From the NCBI GenBank assembly GCA_963665275.2, contig CAXXIN010000017.1:1-64000 (forward strand): a DNA stretch of 64,000 nt. The letters run 5' to 3'. Position 1 is the first letter of the stretch. Each line of letters begins with the position of its first letter. Below the pieces are notes generated by a model. That model was given only the letters and a program-made list of their open reading frames with translations, did no database searches and was not told where the DNA came from. The position numbers and the translations under genes were made by a program. Positions 30,383 to 41,707 of the stretch are shown in pieces. Source of the DNA: Negativicutes bacterium (GTDB taxonomy: Bacteria; Bacillota; Negativicutes; UBA1444).

Positions 30383-33300
30383 CTAGTTTTTTTCTTCCTT
30401 ACCTCTTCCCGAAAACCATTCATAATACATGATCGGCACGGCAATCAAGGTCAACACGGTCGCAACTACGGCGCCAAACATCATCGAAATGGCGAGACCC
30501 TGGAAAATCGGATCAAACAACATGACCAATGACGCGACGACTACGGCTGCCGCCGTCAGAGCAATAGGCCTCAGTCGAACCGCGCCCGCCCGCACTACTG
30601 CCTGCCGTAATTCAACTCCCTGGCGTTCTTCAGCCCGGATGAAATCCACCAGCAATATGGAATTGCGGACGATGATCCCTGATAAAGCAATGAAACCGAT
30701 CATCGAGGTTGCGGTGAAGAACGATCCGAATATCCAATGTCCCGGTAGTATCCCCACAAGCGTCAAGGGTATCGGAATCATGATGATCACCGGTATGACA
30801 AAACTCCGGAACCAGGCGACCACCAGCACATAGATCAAGAGCAGTACCGCTGCAAAAGCTATTCCGAGATCATGGAACACCTCGGTCGTGATTTGCATCT
30901 CCCCGTCCCATTTCATCATATACCGGTCGCCGCGTTCCGGCATAACCGTCATGAGCTGTTCCAGCGCATAGCCTTCCGGCAGCTTAATGCTCCGCAGGCG
31001 CTCTTTCATCTGCAGAATCGCATAAAATGGGCTTTCTTCCCGACCGGCCACATCCCCCAAAACATAGGTTACTGGTTGCAGATTTTTACGGTAACGGGTT
31101 TTATCATCTACCCTCCGCTCTACGGTAACCAGTTCTCCCAGCGGGATTAATCGCCCATTTGCACTCGGCACATTAATTCGCAGTAAGGATTCTACATTGG
31201 AGCGCTCTGTTGTCAGCAACTGCAAATGAATGTCCACCGGCTCTTTTTCTGTATCCATGTGCACCAAGCCTGCATTGGCCCCACCCAGCGCCGCCGCTAC
31301 TGTGCGCGCCACCGCATCAGATGAGACTCCGTTCAGCATCGCACGGGCTCGATCGACACGAAAAGCCACCTTCTCCTGATCAGCCTCGACAAGCCAGTCC
31401 ACATCCACCACTCCCGGAGTGGAATTGAAGATTTTCATAATTTCAGCGGCAATTTCACGTCGTTTGAGTTCATTCGGTCCATAGACTTCAGCCACGAGCG
31501 TACTGAGTACCGGTGGTCCGGGCGGAATCTCCGTCACCTTCACCCGTCCGCCGTGCTTGTCGGCAATCGCCTTCATAGCCGGACGAATCCGTTTGGCAAT
31601 GTCATGGCTCTGTGCCTTGCGGTGTTCTTTCGTCGCCAGGTTGAGTTGTATGCCAGCCTGGTTTCCTTCACTGCGGGTAAAATAATGACGAACCAAACCA
31701 TTGAAATTATAGGGCGCCGCTGTGCCGACATACACTTCAAAATCAGTCACTTCCGGTACGGTTCTGAGATTCTCAGTCATTTCCCGGGCTACGGCTGCGG
31801 TTTGTTCAAGCGGTGTTCCTTTGGGCATATCGATGATAATTTCCATCTCACTCTTATTGTCAAAGGGCAACATCTTGACCATCACGAATTTCAGCGGCAC
31901 CAAAAGCAATGCAACGATCAGCAAGCCGCCCACCGCAGCAAGGGCAGTAACACGCCGTCGACGGTTCGTAAGCAACGGGCCGATCAGTCGGTCATATTTT
32001 TCTACCCACCGCTCCTCTTTTTCTTCGGCTTTCGGGTCATGACGCACACGTTGGAGTACTTTATAGCCCAGCCAAGGGCTCACTACGAATGCCACCAGCA
32101 GTGAAAACAGCATGGCAGCAGAGGCTCCGACTGGAATGGGACGCATGTAGGGACCCATCAGCCCGGACACAAACGCCATGGGTAATAATGCCGCGATAAC
32201 TGCAAATGTGGCCAAAATGGTCGGATTGCCTACTTCGTCGACTGCTTCGACAGCATTCTCAGGCGACACCCCATGAAGAGCGAATCGCCGGTGGATGTTT
32301 TCCACCACCACGATAGCGTCATCCACGAGAATCCCGATAGAAAAAATCAAAGCAAACAACGTTACCCGGTTCAGCGTGTATCCATATAAATAATTGACGA
32401 GCAACGTCAGTGATAGCGTTACAGGCACCGCCACAGCGACCACAATCGCTTCGCGCCACCCCAGAGCCCACGCGATCAGGAACACGACCGACACTGTGGC
32501 CAGAAACATGTGAAACAACAGTTCGTCCGATTTTTCTTTGGCTGTCTCCCCATAGTTGCGCGTGATCGTGTATTCGACTTCCGATGGCAAGATGCCGCCG
32601 CGCAGTGACTCGACCCTATGCATCAAATCCTCGGTAAACCGGGTCGCATTGGTCCCCTTCTTTTTGGCAAAACTGAGGGTTACCGCTTCATGTAGGCCGG
32701 TGCCGCCTGCACGCACACCCTTGGACTGTGCAGCCGGTCCTACGCCGAACATTACATGATTCGCCGGCTCTTCCGGGCCATCCCGGATTTCTGCCACATC
32801 CCGCAAGTATACGGGACGTCCATTATTCACGCTGACGATCACAGACCCGACTTCAGCCGCAGTCCGCAAGAAACCGCCCGCTTCCACCCGGTACTCCTTA
32901 TTTCCCTTGGCAAAAGACCCAGCCGGCACCAAAACATTGGATTGCTCCAATGCGTTGACGGCCTGAAAAGCCGAGGATCCATAGGCAGCCAACCGCAATG
33001 AATCCAGAATAACACGCACCTGTCTGTGCTGACCGCCGATAATATTGATTTCAGATGCATCATTCAGACGCTTCAATTCTTCCGAGATATCCTGTGCCAC
33101 CCGACGCAATTCATAGCCGCTCCATCGATCCTGCCGGCTCCATAGTGTCAACGCCAATACAGGGACATCATCAATCGAGCGTGATTTCACAATGGGTTGA
33201 GATACTCCGGGCGGAATCCGGTCATAATTCGATGCCAGTTTGGTCTGCAAACGAACCAGGCTGGCTTCAACATTCTGTCCGACCAGGAATCGGACAATCG

Positions 33301-33589
33301 TCATATTCATTCCCGGCTGAGCAATGGAATAGACATATTCGACGCCTTCCACTTCCCACAGCAACGCTTCCATCGGGCGGCTGACCCGGTCTTCCACTTC
33401 TGTTGCCGAGGCCCCGGGATAGGAAACCATCACGTCAATCATCGGCACAATAATCTGCGGTTCTTCTTCCCGCGGCGTCACCATCGTGGCGAACACGCCG
33501 AGCAGTAACGCAAAAGCAACAAACAGCGGTGTCAGTTTCGAATGCAGGAAAGAACGGGCAATTCGACCAGAAATACCAACGCCGGTCAT
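30383..33589 (-). CDS. RND efflux permease (AcrB/CzcA family)
   Basis: 1068 aa; [31 protein letters not shown]. Confidence 0.93.
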   Translation of the reverse strand: MTGVGISGRIARSFLHSKLTPLFVAFALLLGVFATMVTPREEEPQIIVPMIDVMVSYPGASATEVEDRVSRPMEALLWEVEGVEYVYSIAQPGMNMTIVRFLVGQNVEASLVRLQTKLASNYDRIPPGVSQPIVKSRSIDDVPVLALTLWSRQDRWSGYELRRVAQDISEELKRLNDASEINIIGGQHRQVRVILDSLRLAAYGSSAFQAVNALEQSNVLVPAGSFAKGNKEYRVEAGGFLRTAAEVGSVIVSVNNGRPVYLRDVAEIRDGPEEPANHVMFGVGPAAQSKGVRAGGTGLHEAVTLSFAKKKGTNATRFTEDLMHRVESLRGGILPSEVEYTITRNYGETAKEKSDELLFHMFLATVSVVFLIAWALGWREAIVVAVAVPVTLSLTLLVNYLYGYTLNRVTLFALIFSIGILVDDAIVVVENIHRRFALHGVSPENAVEAVDEVGNPTILATFAVIAALLPMAFVSGLMGPYMRPIPVGASAAMLFSLLVAFVVSPWLGYKVLQRVRHDPKAEEKEERWVEKYDRLIGPLLTNRRRRVTALAAVGGLLIVALLLVPLKFVMVKMLPFDNKSEMEIIIDMPKGTPLEQTAAVAREMTENLRTVPEVTDFEVYVGTAAPYNFNGLVRHYFTRSEGNQAGIQLNLATKEHRKAQSHDIAKRIRPAMKAIADKHGGRVKVTEIPPGPPVLSTLVAEVYGPNELKRREIAAEIMKIFNSTPGVVDVDWLVEADQEKVAFRVDRARAMLNGVSSDAVARTVAAALGGANAGLVHMDTEKEPVDIHLQLLTTERSNVESLLRINVPSANGRLIPLGELVTVERRVDDKTRYRKNLQPVTYVLGDVAGREESPFYAILQMKERLRSIKLPEGYALEQLMTVMPERGDRYMMKWDGEMQITTEVFHDLGIAFAAVLLLIYVLVVAWFRSFVIPVIIMIPIPLTLVGILPGHWIFGSFFTATSMIGFIALSGIIVRNSILLVDFIRAEERQGVELRQAVVRAGAVRLRPIALTAAAVVVASLVMLFDPIFQGLAISMMFGAVVATVLTLIAVPIMYYEWFSGRGKEEKN

Positions 33590-34659
33590 GGTTTTTTCAC
33601 CTCAGCCAGCTTGCCTCCGTCGATGGCTTTCTCGATGCCGTTCACCACGATCTGCTCTCCGTCGCCCAACCCGGACAGGATTTCAGTATCACCAGCGAAA
33701 ACGCGTCCGACCTTCACCGGACGAAACGCCACTACTCCGTCGGAAGCCACTGCGTATACCCCGTCGAGTTGTCCCTTGCGGATCAGTGCTTTGGTCGAAA
33801 CGAGCAACAACCGCTCCCTTATTCCGGGGAATGACACTCGGGCGTAAAGTCCGCTGCGCAAATTCGGTCCCATGGCAGAAACTTTGACATAAAAAGTTCG
33901 GGATGATGAATCAATTGAGGGGGAAATCTCCAACACTTTTCCGCTGCCGCTGACGTCTAGCGATGGCAAACTGACAGTGACCGCTTCTCCAATAGATAGT
34001 CGGGATGCCCAACGTTCTTCCAGGTTGGTTTCCACTACAAAGGTCGATGGATCATCCACTGCCAGCAATGTTTGTCCAGGGGACACCATCGTGCCAACAT
34101 CAACGCGACGATCGGATACTACGCCGTCCACGGGAGCTGTTACACGGGAAAATGCCAGAGTTGCGGCGGCTCTGTCATAGTCCGATTCGGCTATCTTCCT
34201 TTGTGCTGCCGCGATATCGAAATCCTGCCGTGAAATAGCACCGGAGTCAGCCAACCTCTTGTAACGTTCAAAAGTGGCCTGAGCCAAACTTCGCTGCGCG
34301 GCCGCTGCACTTGACTGCGCCGCCACATCGCGGGCTTCAATTTCCAATAACAATTGCCCGGCATGGACAGCTTCGCCCTGCCGAACATGAACCGCCAGAA
34401 CGGTTCCCATAAGTTTACTTGACAATACACTGACGGTACCTGCTTTTACAGTACCCACGCTCTCATGGGGCGCATCCACCTCGCGGAATTGAACCGTCCC
34501 CACCTCGACACCTGATACCAAAGGACGCTTCGGCTCCGTTGTCCCTGGTGTTTTGCCGCAGCCGGAAATCAAAACTACGATCCAGAGCGACGCCACCACC
34601 ACGCCGATCATTGTCCGTCGCATGTTGACCCAGCGAATATCTCGAGTGCTTTGTTTCAT
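33586..34659 (-). CDS. RND membrane fusion lipoprotein
   Basis: Lipobox [21 protein letters not shown]; ATGA overlap with the RND gene. Confidence 0.9.
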   Translation of the reverse strand: MKQSTRDIRWVNMRRTMIGVVVASLWIVVLISGCGKTPGTTEPKRPLVSGVEVGTVQFREVDAPHESVGTVKAGTVSVLSSKLMGTVLAVHVRQGEAVHAGQLLLEIEARDVAAQSSAAAAQRSLAQATFERYKRLADSGAISRQDFDIAAAQRKIAESDYDRAAATLAFSRVTAPVDGVVSDRRVDVGTMVSPGQTLLAVDDPSTFVVETNLEERWASRLSIGEAVTVSLPSLDVSGSGKVLEISPSIDSSSRTFYVKVSAMGPNLRSGLYARVSFPGIRERLLLVSTKALIRKGQLDGVYAVASDGVVAFRPVKVGRVFAGDTEILSGLGDGEQIVVNGIEKAIDGGKLAEVKKP

Positions 34660-34824
34660 TCTTTCGCCCCGCCATCCCCCCCGGAGGGGGTATATTTGTT
34701 TTCATGATACACTATGCGCAGGCTTATTGCAATTATTTGGGTGAAATGCTACGAAGGAATAAAACAGTTGCCCCCCCTTGCGTTCATCGGAAGTGTATTT
34801 CCACAGAATACTGACTTGCGAAGA

Positions 34825-36195
34825 TCATTCATTCCTGCCGTTTTTATGAACAATCCCATATTCATATAGTTTTTTGTACAATTGCTTGCGATCCACGCCG
34901 GTCTGACGGGAAAGCTCCGCCACATTTCCCTCGTATGCCTCATACTGTGATTGAAAGTAATTTCTCTCAAAAATCCGCCGTGCTTCTGCAAAACCTATTC
35001 CGGCTGATGAGTGGCAAACACCCGTCCCATCCAACCTCAGCGCATCCACATCGATTTTGTCACCTCGGACTAAGGCAACTGCCGCCTCCATGGCATTTTT
35101 CAATTCCCTGACATTCCCTGGCCAATCGTAGCCGCGCAGTCTGCGTTCCGCCGCAGAAGAAATTTTTAGCACGGAACGCTTTTGCTCAACTGCGAAGTGT
35201 CGCAAAAAATGTCCGGCAAGGGGCAGAATGTCCTCCCGCCGCTCCCGCAATGGCGGCACCTGAAGTCGTATGGTATTAAGGCGATAATATAAATCATCAC
35301 GAAACTGTTTCGTCGCAATTTTCTTCGTTAAATCTTGATTTGTGGCTGAAATCAGGCGAAAATCTACCGGGACCGCCGTTGATCCACCAACTGGTTCAAT
35401 AACATGAGTTTCCAATACGCGCAGCATTTTTACCTGAGTTGGCAGCTCCAAATCACCAATCTCGTCCATAAACAGGGTTCCGCCGGCAACCATCTGTATT
35501 TTCCCCACCTTACCGGTAGTCCGTGCCCCCGTAAAAGCACCTCCCCTGTATCCGAACAACTCGCTCTCTATCAACGTCGTTGCATACGCCTGACAGTTAA
35601 TCGCCACAAATGGCCGGGTAGTCCGATGACTTCTGTCATGGATGAAGCGGGCGACGACTTCTTTGCCGACACCGCTTTCTCCTGTTATCAACACATTCAC
35701 GTCGCTTTTTGCCAAAACAGCCGCTTCTTCAAATATATGACGCATGCGCAGGCTTTCTCCGACAAAAAGCCCCCCCTTGATCTCCTGAATCTCTTCACGC
35801 AACAGAATATTATCATTCTTCAAACGGCGCATCTCTATGGCTTTTTCGATCGTCAGGCAGATTTCATCTTGATTCACCGGTTTCAAGAAATAGCCAAATG
35901 CGCCAGCTTTCATAGCTTCCACCGCTTCGGCCACGCTACCATACCCTGTAAGCATGATGACCGGGGTATCCTGCCCATATTTTTCCCGAAAACTCCGAAA
36001 AAATTCAAGCCCGCTGATTCCCGGCATCAACATGTCGGTGATCACCACATCAAAGGTTTTTTCAGTCACTACACGCAAAGCCTGCTCGCCCGAGTTCACG
36101 AGCTGCACGGTGAATCCCTTACGTTTCAAAATCAGCGCGAAACTGTGTCCGAACTCTTCATCGTCTTCCACTAACAGTATTCTGCCTGTCCCCAT
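34825..36195 (-). CDS. NtrC-type sigma54 response regulator
   Basis: Receiver domain (VEDD, TDMLMP, FLKP), GESGVGKE, GAFTGA, WPGNVREL, C-terminal HTH. Confidence 0.92.
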   Translation of the reverse strand: MGTGRILLVEDDEEFGHSFALILKRKGFTVQLVNSGEQALRVVTEKTFDVVITDMLMPGISGLEFFRSFREKYGQDTPVIMLTGYGSVAEAVEAMKAGAFGYFLKPVNQDEICLTIEKAIEMRRLKNDNILLREEIQEIKGGLFVGESLRMRHIFEEAAVLAKSDVNVLITGESGVGKEVVARFIHDRSHRTTRPFVAINCQAYATTLIESELFGYRGGAFTGARTTGKVGKIQMVAGGTLFMDEIGDLELPTQVKMLRVLETHVIEPVGGSTAVPVDFRLISATNQDLTKKIATKQFRDDLYYRLNTIRLQVPPLRERREDILPLAGHFLRHFAVEQKRSVLKISSAAERRLRGYDWPGNVRELKNAMEAAVALVRGDKIDVDALRLDGTGVCHSSAGIGFAEARRIFERNYFQSQYEAYEGNVAELSRQTGVDRKQLYKKLYEYGIVHKNGRNE

Positions 36196-36207
36196 CCCAT
36201 TGCCCCC

Positions 36208-38208
36208 TTAATGCGCCAAAAAACTTATCGTGAAACGCGTTGGCCCTCCGGGTGCGGAATCTACCGTCACGGAACCACCCAATCGTTTCACTTCATTGTA
36301 CACGAGATACAGTCCAAGTCCGGTTCCCCGATCCGGCCCCTTGGTAGTAAAAAACGGATTAAATATTTTCTCCATATGCTCGGGCTGAATTCCGCTGCCG
36401 GTATCTTCCACGATTATGGAAAACCCATTTGAAGTCGTACCGTAGCCAACATTTATGGCACCCTTCTTGTCAATCGCATCGATTCCGTTCAACACCAGAT
36501 TGAACAAAATATGTTGCATCGCCCCGATGTCGGATTGTACTTGAAAGTCTGCTTCACCGCTTACCGTAATCGAAACTTTCTTTTTTTGCGCAGTCTTGCC
36601 CACGAGCAACAGAATTTGGTCCACTACTTCTCTCATACGAAAAACCGAAATATCCGGCGTACGATCCCGCGAAAAATCCAATAGGTTTCGTATTACGGCT
36701 TCACTTCGCTCAACGAGTTTTCGGATGCCACGCAGCGCATCCTCAACATCCGCTTCCGCATCGGACCTGATACCTGCAGCAAAACGTTCTTCCAAAATAT
36801 AAACATAATTTGAAATTGCGCCCAGAGGATTCCTAATTTCATGAGCAACGCCAGCAGCCAATGTTCCCACTGCCTGCATTTTTTGCGATTGGATCAGCTC
36901 TGCGCCCTTTTTGCGAACAATGGTGATATCACGCAAAGCGCAAACCACTTGGCTTGCCTTGCCGATTTCATCAAAAACGGGATAGGCGGTAACCGTGTAT
37001 AACCGGTCGTCCACATCAATCTCTACTGACTGCGGCGAGCCCGCATTGATGGTCTGTCTCAGATAGCATTGCTCACAATCATGCCGCCGTCCAACTACAT
37101 CACAGTAGGACTTTCCCAACAATCCGACATTGCTTGAAACGCCGGCAAATTCCAGTCCGGATTGGTTCACTTCCAATATGGTAAAGTTGCCGTCCATAAC
37201 AAACAAAGCATCCGTGATTGCGTCAAAAACCGCTGCCAGTTCATTGGATTTGCGGATCAACGCTCGCTCCGACAAACGCAGTTGACTTGACTTGAGGCCC
37301 AATTCACGTTCCAGATCGTTCGTATTGCTACGCATATCACTATAGGTTTGGGCATTAAGAACCGCAATGGCCATTTGATTTGAAATCATCTGCAGCAGCA
37401 TCAGATGTCGATCGCCAAATTGCAGCGGTTCGCGATGAAACAAAGCCAGCACCCCAACCAAACGCTCACCGACATACAGGGGATAGAGAATGAAAGATTC
37501 AAAGCCAAGCGCCTCATAGATCTCCTGAATCCAGTCTGGGTGGATGCTATATAGAGGAACCAATACCGGAGCCCGATGTTTCAGGCAATTTTTGATGATC
37601 CCGTGCTGAAAATCCACCATACAGAACAAAGCACGCTGCGCATCCGTCATATTCCAAGTAGCAAATACACCAATTTCTTTATCGGTAACATTGTAGAGCA
37701 AGCTGCGATCTGCACCGACCAATTCCGCCGCTTTCATCGTGACATCGATGCAAATTGAATGAAAATCAAGGTTGGAGTTGATACTGGCCGAAATTTCGTA
37801 TACCTTGCGCAGCTGTTCCGGTCGAAGCGCCAACATGCCTGAATCGCTGCCGGCAAAAGGAATAGATGGGCAGTCTTCCGTATGGGGCAACAGTTCCCCT
37901 TCCAATACAATCTGGTTGAAAACGCATAGTTCGTCAGTAACCCAACTGGCCCGGCCGCAAAACACACTTTGTATACTGCCGGGAGTCCTCACAGGCAAGC
38001 GTCCAATCCATCTGTAATTGAAAGATTCCCTCTCAATGCGGCTGTAAAGCGGCGACGCCCCAAACACGCTTCGTACGGCATCGGCATCTCCCTGCGCCGG
38101 AAGCCCCAACAAGTCCTGCGCTGCTTGATCAGACCAGACAAGATGATTTCGACTATCGATAATCAGGCTCAGTGCCATAACTGTATGCCTCTTTTCGTTA
38201 CGCTTCAT
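36208..38208 (-). CDS. Cytoplasmic GAF-PAS sensor histidine kinase (NtrB-like)
   Basis: No TM; GAF, PAS, AHEIRNPL, NLVLNG, DTGSG, FFTTK, GTGLGL. Confidence 0.9.
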   Translation of the reverse strand: MKRNEKRHTVMALSLIIDSRNHLVWSDQAAQDLLGLPAQGDADAVRSVFGASPLYSRIERESFNYRWIGRLPVRTPGSIQSVFCGRASWVTDELCVFNQIVLEGELLPHTEDCPSIPFAGSDSGMLALRPEQLRKVYEISASINSNLDFHSICIDVTMKAAELVGADRSLLYNVTDKEIGVFATWNMTDAQRALFCMVDFQHGIIKNCLKHRAPVLVPLYSIHPDWIQEIYEALGFESFILYPLYVGERLVGVLALFHREPLQFGDRHLMLLQMISNQMAIAVLNAQTYSDMRSNTNDLERELGLKSSQLRLSERALIRKSNELAAVFDAITDALFVMDGNFTILEVNQSGLEFAGVSSNVGLLGKSYCDVVGRRHDCEQCYLRQTINAGSPQSVEIDVDDRLYTVTAYPVFDEIGKASQVVCALRDITIVRKKGAELIQSQKMQAVGTLAAGVAHEIRNPLGAISNYVYILEERFAAGIRSDAEADVEDALRGIRKLVERSEAVIRNLLDFSRDRTPDISVFRMREVVDQILLLVGKTAQKKKVSITVSGEADFQVQSDIGAMQHILFNLVLNGIDAIDKKGAINVGYGTTSNGFSIIVEDTGSGIQPEHMEKIFNPFFTTKGPDRGTGLGLYLVYNEVKRLGGSVTVDSAPGGPTRFTISFLAH

Positions 38209-38226
38209 ACTATGATATTTCGCTAC

Positions 38227-38259
38227 AAAAGGAGAGCATCCTGCTGAACGCTCTCCTTT
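38227..38259 (-). terminator. Terminator-like hairpin after the 413-aa membrane protein
   Basis: AAAGGAGAGC...GCTCTCCTTT stem, with T4 on the minus strand. Confidence 0.6.
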
Positions 38260-38294
38260 GCCATATCATTGATTAAAATTCCTCGTAAAGGATT

Positions 38295-39536
38295 TTATTG
38301 TTTTTTTGTGATGCGTTTGCCGGGCCAACCATCCATAAACCAGTTGTGATAGAGCATCACGATAATAAACAAAATTACCGGCGCCATCGGGAACTGCTGT
38401 GGATGTGAATAGCCTGCCTGTGTTCCGAGCAATCCGGGGCTCACAGCATAGTAACCATAGTGGACTACAAAAGTTGACACGATTACGATCACGGTCCTGA
38501 CCAGCAAATTTACTTCGGTACTAAATTTGCGCGGCCAATTGTCGAAATAGAAATAAAGAACCAATGCCACCGCCAGCATCATCACCGCCAATTCACCGGT
38601 GTGGAGGTAACGCCAATCCGGGGCCATGATTCGCTTTGCGCCTTCTATGGAAGCGCCCCAGACCAAGTCTTGCATGAAAACGAAAGTGACGAACAACAAT
38701 AGCGCGACGAACAGTATCCAAAAGAAGCCGGCAATGCCGCGCAACGGCTGTGTCTTTATCAGACAGAACGGATATTTTTCCCAAATGGTTTCGACCATCC
38801 AGACGGCGGCGGTTCCGCACATGATCCAGCCTACATTGAAATTACCGCTCAACGTATGCGCAAACTCATACCACCAGGGAAATGCCGCTGTATAAACCTG
38901 CCACGGATAGAACAGCACGTCATAATGCGGGTGCATAAAGACCAGAAATGCATAGGTCGTTAATAAGAAGGTAAAGGCAAACACTGTGAAGCCCTTTGCC
39001 GGTTGTTGCAACCCATGCCAGGGATAGTTTTCAAAAGCCGCAGGCCATATCGGGCTGAGCCAGGAAGCAATCGCGGCGAACATCAGGACTGCCAGAGAAG
39101 AATATTCACGGGCAAAGAAGTCTGTCATGCCAAGCTTTTGAAGCTCCGGCCAACTTAAATACGGCATTGATAATTTTCCCATGAAAGCATAGAAAAAGCC
39201 CCAAATTACGAGTCCTGTAATTGCAAAATTAATTCCTGTTAAAATGATCCCTTTTTTCGCGGGATGTGTGTTTTCCATCCATTTCGGACTAAACGGCCAA
39301 AAATCAAAGATATAGGCTTGCCAGATGGCGACAATCAATAACCATCGAATATACATATAGCCGTATTGCGGTGTGTACCAACGCAATATTCCCCTTGGAT
39401 CCATGAATATCCACCACAGCCCCAAAAAAACGCCAAAGGAGAGTAGTACGCCAAGAATTCCTCTAAAAGGTTGTGTTAATAAATTTGCGATGTTGCGTTT
39501 TTCAAGCCATAATGTATCCAAATTTTCGTTTTTCAC
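38295..39536 (-). CDS. Uncharacterised Trp/Phe-rich polytopic membrane protein (~10 TM, internal repeats)
   Basis: GTG start with RBS AGGAGG; repeated QPxxG and F(D/E)x(W/Y)P motifs. Confidence 0.8.
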   Translation of the reverse strand: MKNENLDTLWLEKRNIANLLTQPFRGILGVLLSFGVFLGLWWIFMDPRGILRWYTPQYGYMYIRWLLIVAIWQAYIFDFWPFSPKWMENTHPAKKGIILTGINFAITGLVIWGFFYAFMGKLSMPYLSWPELQKLGMTDFFAREYSSLAVLMFAAIASWLSPIWPAAFENYPWHGLQQPAKGFTVFAFTFLLTTYAFLVFMHPHYDVLFYPWQVYTAAFPWWYEFAHTLSGNFNVGWIMCGTAAVWMVETIWEKYPFCLIKTQPLRGIAGFFWILFVALLLFVTFVFMQDLVWGASIEGAKRIMAPDWRYLHTGELAVMMLAVALVLYFYFDNWPRKFSTEVNLLVRTVIVIVSTFVVHYGYYAVSPGLLGTQAGYSHPQQFPMAPVILFIIVMLYHNWFMDGWPGKRITKKQ

Positions 39537-39557
39537 AGTCCAACCCTCCTATCAGTA

Positions 39558-40649
39558 TCAGGCAAATATCAGTTCGTCTCCATTGCCAAGGTATATGTCA
39601 CGTTTGCTGCCGTTTTTCGCGGTCCCTTTGATAAGCGGCAAGCCTGCAGCGACCATTTTTTCCGCCGTAACGTAGCCAGTACAATGGTTCGGCCCCAATT
39701 TTTCGATGCCATACCTATGCAACGCCAGCACAAGGTCATCGTATTGCGGATCCCAGTCTTCAAACGGAGAAATATGCAATCCGCCTTGAACTCCATATAT
39801 TTTCTCGCCACCGGCTATGTGATGTTTCACATATTCCATATATGTGATGATTCCCATGTGGCAACAGCCGGTAACAAGGACAATTCCTTTGTCCTTCACA
39901 TTAAACACGAAGGCCTGCTCACCGAATACACGCGTGATAATAGGAACATCAAACGTGAGCAACGCCACGCCGGGATAGATCAGATTCGGTTTGCTCGAAT
40001 CCAAAACGGTAAGCTTGCCGGTATGGGGATAATCGTTTTTCACCTTTGCTTTGGGAAATGCTTTTCCATGCAGCAAATCAAACCCGTCCTGATAAAACCC
40101 TTTAGGAACATAAATCGGCAATTTCGTATTAAATTTGGTCATGGCCTCAATGCCCCAATAATGGTCGAAGTGCTCATGACTGCTGACGAAGCAGTCAATT
40201 TCGTTATTGGCTAGCATTTTATCAATGCCTTCTTCTCGATAGCGTTTTTCCATCCAGACGGGGTTCCATCCGGTGTCCAGGAGAATCTTTTTCTTGCTGC
40301 CATCCATAAGTTCGACATCGATCAGAGTAGAAAATCCCCCTGCATTATTGCCCTGGAAGCCTTCTTTTACACCTTCTGACGTCCAGGGGATCTCATATTG
40401 GTTGACCAGCAATCCACCAGCTTTTTTCAGATCGTCAAGCAGGACCTTGTTGCTGAACCAGCTGGTCTCGGAAATCACCTTGACTTTCAATGACTTAACC
40501 ATCCCGATATCAACTTTGGACGGCTCGTTGACAACCAGCATTTTGTCTTTGAAAACAGTGGATGACAAGCCGGCACTGGCAAAATAGCCTGCAACAGTTC
40601 CTACCGCCATGCCTTTGATGAATGAACGTCTCGTTACATCATTTCCCAT
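39558..40649 (-). CDS. Tat-exported MBL-fold metallo-hydrolase (COG1237-like)
   Basis: Start MGNDVTRRSFIKG plus hydrophobic h-region; LLDTG, SHEHFDH, TGCCH, GGLH, NHCTG; RBS AGGAGG. Confidence 0.85.
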   Translation of the reverse strand: MGNDVTRRSFIKGMAVGTVAGYFASAGLSSTVFKDKMLVVNEPSKVDIGMVKSLKVKVISETSWFSNKVLLDDLKKAGGLLVNQYEIPWTSEGVKEGFQGNNAGGFSTLIDVELMDGSKKKILLDTGWNPVWMEKRYREEGIDKMLANNEIDCFVSSHEHFDHYWGIEAMTKFNTKLPIYVPKGFYQDGFDLLHGKAFPKAKVKNDYPHTGKLTVLDSSKPNLIYPGVALLTFDVPIITRVFGEQAFVFNVKDKGIVLVTGCCHMGIITYMEYVKHHIAGGEKIYGVQGGLHISPFEDWDPQYDDLVLALHRYGIEKLGPNHCTGYVTAEKMVAAGLPLIKGTAKNGSKRDIYLGNGDELIFA

Positions 40650-40666
40650 GGATATCGCCTCCTTCC

Positions 40667-40783
40667 TCATGCAGCCAGTATCAGCATTTTCCAGGTAAAA
40701 AGCCACAATGCCAATCCGATGATCACCCCGACCAATGTTCCGACCAGATATTTGCTTTTACTCTCCCCACGTTCTTCCTCCAC
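40667..40783 (-). CDS. Unannotated 38-aa single-TM protein
   Basis: RBS AGGAGGAG then GTG; MEEERGESKSKYLVGTLVGVIIGLALWLFTWKMLILAA; stop lies next to the RBS of the following gene. Confidence 0.65.
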   Translation of the reverse strand: MEEERGESKSKYLVGTLVGVIIGLALWLFTWKMLILAA

Positions 40784-40882
40784 AATGCTCCTCCTTTTTC
40801 GGAGATTTGCTTGCAACTGCTCAAATCTCCACTTTATCTATCTCAGGCAAGAATCCTTGCTCCCTGGCAAGCGTTCTTCCCA

Positions 40883-41707
40883 TTACGACTGCATCCGCCT
40901 GCAGACTGACAAGTGACGGGTCGTTGAAGATACAACTGCGTTCAAGGTTCGTCCGTCACTGGTGAATTCTAGCCCATCCCGCTCCCCGGTAGACTCATCG
41001 ACGCGCGCAAATCCATGTAGTTCCTGCCACCCATCAGCAAATCGACGCGCGACAAAATCAGTCAACATCCACCCGGGAAACTCCCTGTCGATGTCGCCCC
41101 GTCGCAGAACTTTCATCGTATTCCCCTCTTGATTGGGAATGTAGTAATTCTCCGTCATTTGAACCCGCCACCAGTCTTGACTCTCCCAAGACACTTCACA
41201 ATGTTGTCCCTCCCGATGGGATAGCGTCATCTGGCCCGCCAGGAAAAAATCCGCCGGAATCTCTGAAGACCATTCAATATTGGGTGCGCCGGTACTGCCC
41301 TGCAAGTCTTCAAACCGAACACCATGATGGTGAGCTTCGCCATGGCAGGCGCAACCGGTTTCACCCTCGTTCCAGGCCGCAGGCACCGTTTGGAACACCG
41401 CGCTCATCCGGCAAACCTGCTCCAGTACGGATAACCCTGCAAACACCTTTTCCTGCGGCTGGGGGTAGTATTTTATCTGAAATAACGCCTGCCAGTCCCA
41501 TTCAGATGTGTTCCTGCACTCGACCATGCCCAACTTAAAAACCCCTGGCCAATCAGCAAACCACAGATACCAATAGGGGTGCGTATCATGCATCTGGCTG
41601 ATGTATCGCAGCCCCAGGCGCTGCCGCAACGCCTCGTCGGCAAAACAAAGCGTCCAATAATGGTTGAGCGAACCTTCGCCGAGAATTAACCGGTCTGTAT
41701 CCATCAT
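40883..41707 (-). CDS. Hypothetical protein (274 aa, Trp-rich, CxCH...HHH cluster)
   Basis: RBS AGGAGG, ATGA overlap with the upstream ORF; no family recognised. Confidence 0.7.
   Translation of the reverse strand: MMDTDRLILGEGSLNHYWTLCFADEALRQRLGLRYISQMHDTHPYWYLWFADWPGVFKLGMVECRNTSEWDWQALFQIKYYPQPQEKVFAGLSVLEQVCRMSAVFQTVPAAWNEGETGCACHGEAHHHGVRFEDLQGSTGAPNIEWSSEIPADFFLAGQMTLSHREGQHCEVSWESQDWWRVQMTENYYIPNQEGNTMKVLRRGDIDREFPGWMLTDFVARRFADGWQELHGFARVDESTGERDGLEFTSDGRTLNAVVSSTTRHLSVCRRMQS

Noticed and set aside
34715-34735. Sigma54 promoter before the RND membrane fusion gene
   Set aside because: TTGCAATAAGCCTGCG lacks the invariant -24 GG.
40845-40885. Internal sigma54 promoter before the 38-aa ORF
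   Set aside because: GG-N10-GC spacing exists (GGGAAGAACGCTTGC) but the TGGCAC element is poor; too weak to call.
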